From assembly GCA_965263035.1 (NCBI GenBank), contig OZ253580.1, positions 5,888,001-5,952,000 on the forward strand: a DNA stretch of 64,000 nt. The letters are read 5' to 3'. The DNA comes from Acidobacteriota bacterium. Its GTDB lineage: Bacteria; Acidobacteriota; UBA6911; RPQK01; JAJDTT01. Below, in pieces: positions 47,181 to 57,200 of this stretch. A program made the position numbers and the translations under genes. A model generated the notes under the pieces. The model worked only from the letters and a program-made list of their open reading frames with translations, was not told the DNA's origin and did no database searches. Positions within the stretch are counted from its first letter, which is position 1. Every line of letters starts with the position of its first letter.

Positions 47181-49301
47181 TCAAGCCTCCCGTTCCAGGA
47201 TAATGTTCAACCGCCGGTCGAGGCGGGCGCTCCAGCCACTCGGGACCAGGGTCGTGGAGTCGTATTCTTCGATCAGTGCGGGACCGTAGAGGTTCTTCCC
47301 TTCCAACTCCAATCGGCCCAGGACGGGTGCTTCGATCCACTCCGATTGCGACGGCCCCTGATAGATCCGCCGGGACCGCTCCCTGGGCCGAAAACCGTCG
47401 CTGGACAGAGAGAGGGTCTCGGGAACTCGAGCCACCTGGTCCAGACCGCGCGCCCGGACCCGGAGATTGACCAGTTCCAGCTCGGAATCCAGACCATAAC
47501 CGTAGTTGGCCTCATGCTCCCGGTGGAACGCAGCCTCCAGCGCCTCCAGACCGTTCCGATCCAGGTTCGGACCCTCGAATCGCACGCTCAAATGAGAGGT
47601 CTGCCCCTTGTACTTCAAGTCCGCTTCGGTCACCAACTGCTGGCGGCCGGCTGCAAACCCTTCCTGCTCCAAGAGGCCGCAGGCCTGCTCCCTCAGGCGG
47701 TCCAGCGTCCGGTTCATGGACACGAGCCCCAATTGGGAGAGGGACTTCACCTGGGCCTGCACCAGGTGGTGCTCCACGTCCGAGAAGAGGAGGCCGAAAC
47801 AGCTGAACACCCCGGGTGACGGAGGGATGATGATCCGGGTCATTTGCAACAGCTGAGCCAGACCCGCAGCGTGGATGGGCCCCCCGCCGCCGAAGGCCAT
47901 GAGGGTGAAACGGCGCGGGTCGCGGCCTCGTTCGCTGGAGACGGCGGCGACGGCCCGGGCCATGTTGGAATTGGCCAGCTGATGAACACCCCAGGCCGCT
48001 TCGACGGTGGAGACACCGAGCGGGGCCGCGAGCCGACGCTCGATGACCGCCCGCGCTTGGTCCGCGAAGATCGGGAAATCTCCGCCCAACAGGTACCGAT
48101 TGTTGAGAAACCCCAAGACCAGATTGGCATCGGTGACCGTGGGGAGGTCGCCTCCCTGGCCATAACAAGCGGGACCGGGAACCGCCCCCGCGCTGTCGGG
48201 CCCGCAGGCCAATGCCCCTCCCTTGTCCACTCGGGCCACACTGCCGCCGCCGGCACTCACTTCCGCCAGATCGATGGAGGGAACCCTCAGGATATAGCCG
48301 GAGCCTTTCAGCAATCGATGTCCCGAGCTCATTCCCCCGCCGACCTCGTACTCACGGGAAAACAGGAGGTCCCCCTCCTCGATGATGGAGGATTTTGCCG
48401 TGGTGCCCCCCATGTCCAGAGTCAGGACGTTGGGCAGGTTCAGTCTCGCCGCCAGATGATGGGCGCCAACCACGCCGGCGGCGGGCCCCGACTCGACACA
48501 ATGAATCGGCTCCTCCGCAGCCCGCCGGACCGATGCCCTTCCCCCGTTGGATTGCATCACCGTCAGGGGGACACCGACTCCCAGGTCTCGAAGCCCCTGA
48601 TCGAGGCGTCCCAGGTAGCGAGCCACGATGGGACGGATGTAGGAGTTGATCACCGTGGTGCTGGTTCGCTCATACTCTCCGGTTTCGGCCAGAAGCCGGC
48701 TGGAGAGAGACAGGCTCAGGCCGGGGATCTTCTCCTCCAGGATTTCTCCGATCCGGGTCTCGTGACGAGGATTGGCGTAAGAGTGAAGGAGACAGACCGC
48801 CACCGAACGAATCCCCTCATCCAGCAGCACTTCGGCCGCTTTCTCCACGTCGGACTCCACCAGAGGCGCCAGCACGTCGCCCCGGTAGTCCGTGCGCTCC
48901 CGGACTTCCAGCCGCAGACGGCGTTCCACCAGTGGGGGAGGCTTGCGATAGTAGAGATCGTAGAGACGCGGCATTCGGAGACGCGAGATCTCCAGAACGT
49001 CCCGGAATCCTTCGGTCGTGATCAACGCGGTCTTTACTCCTCGACCCTCCAGGATGGCATTGGTGGCCAAGGTGAAGGCGTGGCTCACCTCGGAAAGACG
49101 GTCGGCCTTCGTTTCCAAATCCCGCAGGCCTGCGTCTAGAGATTCAAGTACGGCCCGACTGTAGTCGTCGGGCGTGCTCACGATCTTCTTGACGTGGACA
49201 TCTCCCCGGTCCGAAAGGAACACCACGTCGGTGAAGGTCCCCCCGATATCCACTCCCACCCGGTATCCGGGCGTGTCGGACCTGACGCTCTTCTTCTGCA
49301 T
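47181..49301 (-). CDS. Hydantoinase A/oxoprolinase-family protein
   Basis: GVDIGGTFTD, ATNAILE, LHSYANP.HE, EYERTSTT, ESGPAAG, DMGGTT, GP.SAGA.PGPACYG, FGGGGP.H. Confidence 0.93.
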   Translation of the reverse strand: MQKKSVRSDTPGYRVGVDIGGTFTDVVFLSDRGDVHVKKIVSTPDDYSRAVLESLDAGLRDLETKADRLSEVSHAFTLATNAILEGRGVKTALITTEGFRDVLEISRLRMPRLYDLYYRKPPPLVERRLRLEVRERTDYRGDVLAPLVESDVEKAAEVLLDEGIRSVAVCLLHSYANPRHETRIGEILEEKIPGLSLSLSSRLLAETGEYERTSTTVINSYIRPIVARYLGRLDQGLRDLGVGVPLTVMQSNGGRASVRRAAEEPIHCVESGPAAGVVGAHHLAARLNLPNVLTLDMGGTTAKSSIIEEGDLLFSREYEVGGGMSSGHRLLKGSGYILRVPSIDLAEVSAGGGSVARVDKGGALACGPDSAGAVPGPACYGQGGDLPTVTDANLVLGFLNNRYLLGGDFPIFADQARAVIERRLAAPLGVSTVEAAWGVHQLANSNMARAVAAVSSERGRDPRRFTLMAFGGGGPIHAAGLAQLLQMTRIIIPPSPGVFSCFGLLFSDVEHHLVQAQVKSLSQLGLVSMNRTLDRLREQACGLLEQEGFAAGRQQLVTEADLKYKGQTSHLSVRFEGPNLDRNGLEALEAAFHREHEANYGYGLDSELELVNLRVRARGLDQVARVPETLSLSSDGFRPRERSRRIYQGPSQSEWIEAPVLGRLELEGKNLYGPALIEEYDSTTLVPSGWSARLDRRLNIILEREA

Positions 49302-49313
49302 CCTTTTTCCCGA

Positions 49314-50840
49314 CTAGCGTCTCCAGGCGAACCAGCGGGACAGGATTCGCCGCGCCCGGGGAGTGAGCCGGGTTCGATTGTACGCATCGCCGACCTGCTT
49401 GATCGCCTCGGCCTGCGTCGGATATGGGTGGATCACCTGAGAGAGGGTACCGAGGCCCAGCCCGGCGACCATGGCCAAGGTGATCTCGTTGATCATCTCA
49501 CCGGCATGACGGGCGACCACGGTGGCGCCGAGAATCTTGTCGGTCCCCTTCGCCACCAGGACGCTGACCATACCCTCTTCCTCACCATCGGTGATCGCCC
49601 GGTCCACTTCTGCGAATTCCCGTACGAAGAGGTCGTATTCGATCCCCTGGCGAGAAGCCTCCCGGCAGTTCAGGCCCACATGGGCCACCTCCGGATCGGT
49701 GTAGGTGCACCAGGGAATGGTGAGGGTGCTGGCCTTCTTCCGTCCCATGAAGAGAGCGTTCTGGATGACGATTCGAGCCAGGGCATCGGCGGCGTGGGTG
49801 AACTTGTACTGGGAGCAGACGTCCCCGGCGGAGTAGATCCGTTTGTTGCTGGTCTGCAGCTGATCGTTCACCAGGACACCCCGTCGCCGATCGTAATCGA
49901 CGCCGGCCGCCTCCAGGCCCAGCCCCTCCACGTTGGGGGCCCGCCCGGCGGCCACCAGGACCTCGTCGACTGCGACCTGCCGAGTCTGCCCGTTGCACTC
50001 GAGATGAACCTGCTTCTCCCCTGCCCGGCTCTCCACTCGAAACACGCTCGAGTCGAGAAAGAGTTGGATCCCTTCTCGACGGAACGCGTCCTGGACCCGT
50101 CGGCCGGCTTTTGCATCTTCCCGGTCCAGGATCTGCGGATGGCACTGGAAAACGGAAACCTGGGATCCGAAGCGCTGGAACGCCTGGGCCATTTCGCACC
50201 CGATGGGACCGCCACCGATGACTCCCAACCGCGGGGGCAGCTCAGTCAAGGAAAACAGCGTCTCGTTGGTGAGATAGCCGGCTTCCGCCAGACCCTCGAT
50301 GGGTGGCGCCGCCGCCCGTCCTCCGGTGGCGATCACCGCCCGCGCGAAGCGCAACGTGTGCCCTCCCACCTGAACCGCATCCGGGCTCACGAACCGGGCC
50401 TTTCCCAGAAACACATCCACGCCGAGCTTCCGGAAACGCTCGGCCGAGTCGTGCGCGGCGATCCCGGAGCGCAGTCGGCGCATGCGCTCCATGACCGATG
50501 CGAAGTCCACTTCCGTTGCCATGGAAACGTCGACGCCGAAAGCGCCCGCCTCGCGGGCATCGGCGACAGCCCGGGAGGACCGGATGAGAGCCTTGGAGGG
50601 AACGCAACCTACGTTGAGACAGTCTCCTCCCAACAGGTGCTTCTCGATCAGGGCACAGCGGGCTCCGAGGCCGGTTGCCCCCGCCGCCGAGACCAGCCCC
50701 GCCGTTCCGCCTCCGATGGCCACCAGATTGTAGCGAGGCTCCGGCTCGGGGTTGGTCCAATCCCCCGGATGGACCCGGGAGACCAGGAGCCGGTTATGGG
50801 AATCCAGGGGTAGAACTTCAACAGATTTCGATTCAGGCAT
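49314..50840 (-). CDS. Mercuric-reductase-like pyridine nucleotide-disulfide oxidoreductase
   Basis: GGGTAG, GGDCLNVGCVPSK, GGGPIGCE, YTDPEVA, IHPYPT. No C-terminal Cys-Cys. Confidence 0.88.
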   Translation of the reverse strand: MPESKSVEVLPLDSHNRLLVSRVHPGDWTNPEPEPRYNLVAIGGGTAGLVSAAGATGLGARCALIEKHLLGGDCLNVGCVPSKALIRSSRAVADAREAGAFGVDVSMATEVDFASVMERMRRLRSGIAAHDSAERFRKLGVDVFLGKARFVSPDAVQVGGHTLRFARAVIATGGRAAAPPIEGLAEAGYLTNETLFSLTELPPRLGVIGGGPIGCEMAQAFQRFGSQVSVFQCHPQILDREDAKAGRRVQDAFRREGIQLFLDSSVFRVESRAGEKQVHLECNGQTRQVAVDEVLVAAGRAPNVEGLGLEAAGVDYDRRRGVLVNDQLQTSNKRIYSAGDVCSQYKFTHAADALARIVIQNALFMGRKKASTLTIPWCTYTDPEVAHVGLNCREASRQGIEYDLFVREFAEVDRAITDGEEEGMVSVLVAKGTDKILGATVVARHAGEMINEITLAMVAGLGLGTLSQVIHPYPTQAEAIKQVGDAYNRTRLTPRARRILSRWFAWRR

Positions 50841-50889
50841 GACGCGGTTCCATCTCGGATACGGAATGCTTCAAGTTCGCCGCGAACGG

Positions 50890-51600
50890 CTACGATACTC
50901 TCTTGTCCAGGGCCCGGCGGGCCAGTCGGGTCACTTGGATGGTTACGGCCAACGCCGCCAGAAAGCCGACGACATAGAAGACCGATTCCTCCGTCGTCCG
51001 GGTTCGTCCTTCCTCTCCCAGCGTCGCGAGATCGCCCGCCAGGGAACCGATATATACATAAAGTATCGTCCCCGGAAGCATGCCCAGCCAGGACGCCAAC
51101 ACGTAATGTCGAACCTTGACCTGAGTGATTCCGAACGCGTAGTTGAGCAGATTGAAGGGAAACACGGGCGAGAGCCGAGTCAATCCCACGATCTTCCAGC
51201 CTTCGCTGGCGACCGCTTCGTCGACAGCGGAAAAACGGGGGTAGGCGCGCATCTTTCCGGCCACCCAGTCGCGGGCCAGGTGGCGGCCGACCAAGAAGGA
51301 TGCCGTCGCTCCCAAAGTTGACGATACGGAGACCAATACCGTGCCCCAGCCCAGCCCGAAGACGAATCCGGCCCCCAGGGTGAGTATGATCCCCGGAAGC
51401 AGCAGGACCGTCGCCGCCACGTAGACCAGAAGAAAGGCTATGGGACCCCAGGGACCAAGTTCGGCAACGGTCTGCAGTACCGTTCTCAGAAACGAAGTGA
51501 CGTCGTTCCGGATCACCAGAAGTCCGGCGACGACCAGCGCGGCCACCAGCAATTTCCATAAGTGATTTCGTTTTCCCGGCGACGAGTCGTGTTGAGCCAT
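50890..51600 (-). CDS. TVP38/TMEM64 (DedA/SNARE-associated) membrane protein
   Basis: LPG..LTLGAG.VFG, STLGA...FLVGR, LTRLSPVFPFNLLNYAFG, GMLPGT. Confidence 0.9.
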   Translation of the reverse strand: MAQHDSSPGKRNHLWKLLVAALVVAGLLVIRNDVTSFLRTVLQTVAELGPWGPIAFLLVYVAATVLLLPGIILTLGAGFVFGLGWGTVLVSVSSTLGATASFLVGRHLARDWVAGKMRAYPRFSAVDEAVASEGWKIVGLTRLSPVFPFNLLNYAFGITQVKVRHYVLASWLGMLPGTILYVYIGSLAGDLATLGEEGRTRTTEESVFYVVGFLAALAVTIQVTRLARRALDKRVS

Positions 51601-51615
51601 CACTTCCTTTCCTTA

Positions 51616-51775
51616 ACAGCCCGTGGCAAAAGTCATCACGGCATTCGACCGTCCCTGCATCCCGGCGGACGGCGTTGCGATTCGGGCACATACTCCCGGT
51701 ATGCACCCGAATCGCGCCTTGTCCGGCGGGCGCAGGAACGGTCTCGGTGCTCGCGGGACTTTCACCACGGACTGT
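51616..51775 (+). repeat. MITE-like family B, copy 4 (160 bp)
   Basis: TA-flanked (TTAA context), with a perfectly paired central stem CGATTCGGG/CCCGAATCG. Confidence 0.88.
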
Positions 51776-52691
51776 TAACTGCTTGAGCGGATTCCCAACG
51801 GATCCGCTCGCCGTGCGCATAGACGTTGAATCGGCCCGGACGCACGAACCCCACCAGCGTCATCCCGAAGTCGCGGGCGAGTTCCGCAGCCAAGCTGGAG
51901 GGAGCGCTCACCGCCACCACCATGGCGATTCCGGCCATCACCGCCTTCTGAAGGATTTCGAAGCTGGTCCGCCCACTGACCATCATCAGACGGTCCTCCA
52001 GGGGCAGCTGGCCTCCCAGAACCTCTCGGCCGATCAGCTTGTCGACGGCGTTGTGCCGGCCCACGTCCTCCCGCAGCGAGAGAAGATTCCCGCCCGAATC
52101 GAACAACCCGGCCGCGTGCAGGCCTCCCGTCTGCCGGAACACCTTTTGTCCGGCCCTCAACGTCGGGCCCAGCCCTTCGATCACCCGGCTGTCCACTCGG
52201 GGACGATCCGCCAGGATCTTCCGAGACGGGTGGACCCGCAGAGTCTGGAGCGAAGCCTTCCCGCAAACACCGCAACTGGAGGTGGTGTAGAAGTGCCGGT
52301 CGAGCTGCGTGTCGTCGAATTCGACTCCGGGCCGCAGGTCGACCCGGACCCCGTTGTGAAGATCTCCCTCCGAATTCCTGGAAGGAAAGACTCCCTCGAT
52401 GTCCCGCGGTTTGAGGACGATTCCCTCGGTGTAGAGGAATCCGGCCGCCAACTCCCGGTCGTGCCCCGGTGTGCGCATGGTGATGGAAAGGGTCTTCTCC
52501 AAGCGTCTCCCCTGAGAATAGTATCCCAGGAGAATCTCCAGGGGCTCCTCGACCGCCAGAAGGTCCGACTCAAGCCGGACCGAGCCCTTTTTCACCTTTT
52601 GGACCTGCACGAACCGGACCCGGGCAGGGCGGACTGTGGAGTTCTCCGGACGCTTTAAGTCGGGCGTTCGGTTCGGATCATCCAACTGCAT
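51762..52691 (-). CDS. fdhD: Formate dehydrogenase accessory sulfurtransferase FdhD
   Basis: AVEEPLEI, TMRTPG.D.ELAAGFL..EG, SSCGVCG, TGGLHAAG, REDVGRHNAVDK, SAPSSLA. Stop lies in MITE-B copy 4. Confidence 0.94.
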   Translation of the reverse strand: MQLDDPNRTPDLKRPENSTVRPARVRFVQVQKVKKGSVRLESDLLAVEEPLEILLGYYSQGRRLEKTLSITMRTPGHDRELAAGFLYTEGIVLKPRDIEGVFPSRNSEGDLHNGVRVDLRPGVEFDDTQLDRHFYTTSSCGVCGKASLQTLRVHPSRKILADRPRVDSRVIEGLGPTLRAGQKVFRQTGGLHAAGLFDSGGNLLSLREDVGRHNAVDKLIGREVLGGQLPLEDRLMMVSGRTSFEILQKAVMAGIAMVVAVSAPSSLAAELARDFGMTLVGFVRPGRFNVYAHGERIRWESAQAVNSPW

Positions 52692-52847
52692 GTTTCGTCC
52701 ATCACCCGCGATTGGCCGGTCACACCATCGCACCCATCATAACAATCCTCGGCTTGACGGAGTGTCCCCAAGGCGCGGGCCGGAAGGCCTCCGAGCTCCC
52801 GCTCCGCACCCTCCTCAAGTTCGGAACCGGGCTGATAGACTCGGCTC

Positions 52848-53225
52848 GTGGTCGTGCGCCTGGACAAGTGGCTGCAGGTGGCCCGAGTCTTCAAGACTCG
52901 GAGCCAAGCCACCCGGGCCTGTGCTCTGGGAAGGGTCCGAGTAGGAGGTGTCGTTGCCAAGGCCCACCGAAAGGTAGCGGTGGATGATCGCATCGAGGTA
53001 CGCCAGAAGGGCCGAACCCGGGTCCTCCAAGTCAAGGAACTCCAGAGCAAGCCGGTTCCCAAAGCCCACGCACGCACCCTTTACGAAGATCTGAGCCTTG
53101 AGCCGCCCCCGGCCGCTTTCGACCCTTTCTCAGAGACGCCGCCGCTGGGACGAGCCGTCAAGGGCCGACCGACCAAGAAAAACCGAAGGCGAATCGACCG
53201 CTGGCGCCGGGGCTCTTCTTCGTGA
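52848..53225 (+). CDS. hslR: S4-domain ribosome-associated protein (Hsp15/HslR-like)
   Basis: RLDKWL..AR.FKTRS.A..AC..GRV, LYED, GRPTKK.RR. Confidence 0.88.
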   Translation: MVVRLDKWLQVARVFKTRSQATRACALGRVRVGGVVAKAHRKVAVDDRIEVRQKGRTRVLQVKELQSKPVPKAHARTLYEDLSLEPPPAAFDPFSETPPLGRAVKGRPTKKNRRRIDRWRRGSSS

Positions 53226-53250
53226 GTTGGGGGGGCTCGGCTTTGGGACC

Positions 53251-53880
53251 CTACCCTGCCTGATACGCGAGCAGACCCTCCGGCTCCGGTTCCTCCCACT
53301 GCGAGACTCTCAAGCGCGCCGCGTCCAGGTCCATGCTGGCGATGTAAGGAAGATTGCGGTATCGGTCCTGGTAGTCCAGACCGTATCCGATCAAGAACTG
53401 CTCGCTGGCGCGAAACCCGACGTACCCGATAGGAATCTCCACCAGCCGAAGATCGCGCCGATCCAAGAGTGTGCAAAACGTGATGGACGCCGGTTCCCGG
53501 CGGGACAGCAGCGTAAGCAGGAAGTGGGCCGTCAGGCCCGTGTCGATAACGTCCTCGACCAGCAACAGGTGTATTCCGGCGATCTCTTCCTGAAGGTCCT
53601 TGAGAAGTCTGACCCGGCCCTGATCCCGCCCGGGGTGGTAACGGCTCACGGAGATGAAATCGAGCCCGACGGGAGAGGAGATACTTCGGATCAGGTCACA
53701 GGTAAAGACGAAGGCGCCCTTCAGGATTCCGACGACCATGAGATCCCTTCCCCGGTAGTCCGATTCGATCTGACGACCCAACTCGCCGACCCGGTTCAGA
53801 ATGGTGGTCTCGTCATAGACGACCTCTCTTACGACCGATGACGACGTCTCCGCCGCCGCGGGCGGGAGAGTCTGGCTCAT
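53251..53880 (-). CDS. hpt: Hypoxanthine phosphoribosyltransferase
   Basis: GILKGAFVF..DL, LLVEDVIDTGLT, F.IGYGLDY...YRNLPYI. Confidence 0.93.
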   Translation of the reverse strand: MSQTLPPAAAETSSSVVREVVYDETTILNRVGELGRQIESDYRGRDLMVVGILKGAFVFTCDLIRSISSPVGLDFISVSRYHPGRDQGRVRLLKDLQEEIAGIHLLLVEDVIDTGLTAHFLLTLLSRREPASITFCTLLDRRDLRLVEIPIGYVGFRASEQFLIGYGLDYQDRYRNLPYIASMDLDAARLRVSQWEEPEPEGLLAYQAG

Positions 53881-54221
53881 GCCAGGACTCCGAACTTGAA
53901 GAGAAGTTTCCGATAATCCCGGCCATAGAGAATTTTGAGCTTCAGATCGGGATACAACTGGCGCATCTGCCGTATTTTCCGGTTCTTTGGAGTCACCAGG
54001 CTCTGTTTCATGGTGGTCAGTTCTACATAGAGCTCGAACTGCGGGAGGTAGAAATCCGGCGTAAAGCTGCGGATGACCCTGCCCTCGGCATCACGGACCA
54101 AGGGGAAACAGACCGGCTCGTAACGCCACTCGATCCGGTAGAAGTCCAGAAAACGAGCGAAGTTGGCCTCACTCTCGTGAGCAAAGTTCAGGTCTCTTAC
54201 AGGGACGCCTGCCTTGGGCAT
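53877..54221 (-). CDS. Small PD-(D/E)XK-like nuclease-fold protein coupled to hpt
   Basis: SE..FA..LD...I.W.YEP..F...FTPDFYLP...LYVELT. ATGA overlap with hpt. Confidence 0.72.
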   Translation of the reverse strand: MPKAGVPVRDLNFAHESEANFARFLDFYRIEWRYEPVCFPLVRDAEGRVIRSFTPDFYLPQFELYVELTTMKQSLVTPKNRKIRQMRQLYPDLKLKILYGRDYRKLLFKFGVLA

Positions 54222-54267
54222 TCTGGCTACTTGTTTTTACCAAAACGCTCTGACGGCTCTTGGGAAC

Positions 54268-57200
54268 TCAGTTCCCGGAGGAAGGCGGAACCGACGAAAG
54301 AAAGGTGCGCCCGTTCCCGAACAGTTGCTGGGCGACCACTCTGCCTGGCGTGGACTCCAAAACCACGAATCCGCCCAGGAGGCCCCGGGATTGAGGAACC
54401 AGGTTCTGGATCAGCTCGGAGAATCTGGCTTTCGGCTGCAAGGGTCTCCTGAAGGCCTCACCTTGGAGGGTTCCCTGCGAGTCGAACACCTTGAGGGCCA
54501 CTTCCGTGGTGACGTCGCCCGGATTGAAGACCGCGATCCCCGTAAATATCGGTGGCAATGGATCTCCAGGCTCTCGCTCGCCATTGGCCACGTGGCTGAA
54601 GACGGCCCGTCTGAGGGGATCGGTCTGCAGTGTCAGGGCAGCCGCGTATTCCCCGCCGTCGGGGTCTCCGAAAATGACGTCACCGATCAATCCGGGACGG
54701 GTGCTGTCGACGCCGACGGAACCGACGAGAATGGATTCCGGCTGTGATTCGAGGCCAAAGATCTCGGATGCGATGCCCTGGAAGCTCTCCTGGGGTGCGA
54801 GCCGAAGCTGGTAGGACCGGCCCAATCTGTTCCCGTCCGAGAGATAAGCAGCCAGTTGAACCTCCGCCGCCTCATCGCCCGAGTTGATCAGCTTGATGCT
54901 GGTGAAGTACCCCCCGGCGTCTCCGGTCCCTTCCCCGCTGGCCAATTGGGCCGAGTAGAGCTCTTGGGCCTGACCGGTTTCGGAGGCATTGAGTCCCAGG
55001 ACCGTGTCCCCCAGCTCGATCAATTCGAAGCCGGCCACACCGGGACCCTCCGTGACTTCGACCTGGACGTGACCATGGGAGACCGCCCCCAGAGGACCGA
55101 AAAGGTCCGTAATTGATCCTACCAGCCGGCTACGCCCGGCTATGCTGAAGTCTTCCGGTCCTCCCAGCGGAGTTCCGTCCGATCCATACAGGGTCAGACG
55201 TACTTCAGTCGGTTGATCCGTGGGATTCGCCAAGGCCAGAGTCGTCCGCGCGGTTTGATCGCTGCTTCCGGAAGGGAACGTCCCCGGACCTTCGAAGATG
55301 CGGGTGAAATAGAGCAGCCGGGACCCGGAGGAGAACGCCACCGCTCCATCCATCTTGGTGGGCGGTCCGGAGAGGCCGTTGCTATACAGGAAAAAGCCGG
55401 CCAACTCGGGGGTCGAGGATCGTATCCGCATCCAGCCCTCACGACGTGCGTTCAGCCGGGCCTCGAAGAACTCCCGGCCCAGCCGCGCCAACTGTTGACC
55501 GGCCCCCACCCGGTGGACGCTGGGGCTCAAGGGAAAGAGTGGATCACCCTGGTCCGAGAACACCTCCACCGCCATGACGGCGTCGGTCTTGGAATCGTTG
55601 GTGACGGCGAATCCGCTGAAGTCGTTCAGGTCTCCTCGATAGAAGGGAAAGAGCAGCTCGCGGCCGGGGGCGGTGAAGAGGACCTGCCGACCGGACAGAT
55701 CGAAGTCGTATTCCGAGAAAACCTGGTAGAGACCTGACGGTCCGAACTCGTAAGCCACCGGGTCCTCGCTGAAGTCGACGGGCCGTGCCGAGGCACCGGA
55801 ACCGGGAGTGATGCCCACAATGGCCTGGATATCCTCCGGGTCCGGCGTCACGTCCACCTCCCCGTAATCCAGGAGGATGTCGCCGTTGGAGAACAGGGTC
55901 ACGGCAAAATCGTTTTCGGGACGGGTCCCCGCCAAGGTGAACTCCGGAACACCGTCCCAGATGAAGGTCAAAGACCCTGCGCCGGCCTCGGCCCGGACCT
56001 CGCCGCCGGCCTCTGGGTCCAGATCGCTGAAGAAAAGGGCGATACGAGGAGGCCCGGAGAGGAAGCGCCTTCGGCTTCGGCTGACTCCCGCCTGGCTGTC
56101 CCCGATCCCGAACGTCAGGTTCCCATCGCTGTTGACCACGACCTGAGTGTAGGTGGTTCCAAAGAACGGGAAGGAGAATCCTTCCGGGAACTCGAAAATC
56201 ATCTCGCCGTCGTCCTCGAGGAGCGAGAGCTGGTTGACTTCTTCGTTGGTCTGCAGGTCGATTCCCGAGACCACCTCGCCGGCACCGACCTCCACGACCA
56301 ACTTCTCCGAAGGATCGTCCTCCGACGATCCCGACTCACCGGCGCCGTTGTAGTAGTCCTTGGGAAAACCGGTGAATCGGATTTCGTGAGGACCCACCGA
56401 GCTGCCCTCCGTGAAATCCGGGTCCAGCGGCTCGATGAAGACCACGTAGCTTCCGGACGGCAAACCCGGCAACTGGTAGGCGCCGTCGTCGGTGATCAGG
56501 AAATCGGAGACCACCCCCACCTGCTCACCCGGGATTTCCATCAGATTTCCATCCGAGTCGCGTTGCACCGCCGCGGCCACGACGTTGGCGCCGAGGACGG
56601 GGGCTCCGGTCCGCCTCAGCACCCGGCCCCTTATGGTTCCGGTCTCCGCAGCAAAGGATTCCTCCGGATACAGCCAGGAGATCCAGATCGCATCGTCCCG
56701 CAACGGTTCATCCGGTCCAAAGAAAGAGCCCACGGGATACATGACCGGAACGAAGGCGACATCCCCGAGTTCGTCGCTTTCGAACCATTCCCTGCCCGCC
56801 TGGGTATGGTCCAATCCCAGGAGGTGGCCGATCTCGTGCATGGTCACACGGTAGAAATTGTCCGGCCGGGATGCCGAACTGTTGCCGATCACGGTGTACC
56901 CGAACGAATACTCCAGAGCTTCTTCGTCGACAAACCGGATAGTGGCGAACCCCAGAACGTTATCGCCGGCCCCCTCTCCCAGAATACTGTCGGTGATCTC
57001 GCCGTCTTGATCGAAGATGATGAGGTTCTCCCGGCGCGGACGACCGACATATTCGGAGAAGTTGGAACCATCGACGTTTTGGTCCAGATACCGCGGCTCG
57101 GGATTTCGAACCCGGAGCGACGAGGTCCCCACGTCCTCCCACACCTGAAACGCCTCGTGGACCCGCCTTCCCAGATGGGCCCATCGAGTTTCGGAAAACT

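Noticed and set aside
49314-50840. Mercury resistance gene merA
   Set aside because: It lacks the C-terminal vicinal Cys pair and NmerA domain, and no merR/T/P genes are nearby.
16912-51775. CRISPR array, tRNA or rRNA explanation for the repeats
   Set aside because: The repeats are ~160 bp, dispersed and TIR-bounded, with no spacers or cas genes. No cloverleaf or rRNA signature was seen anywhere in the window.
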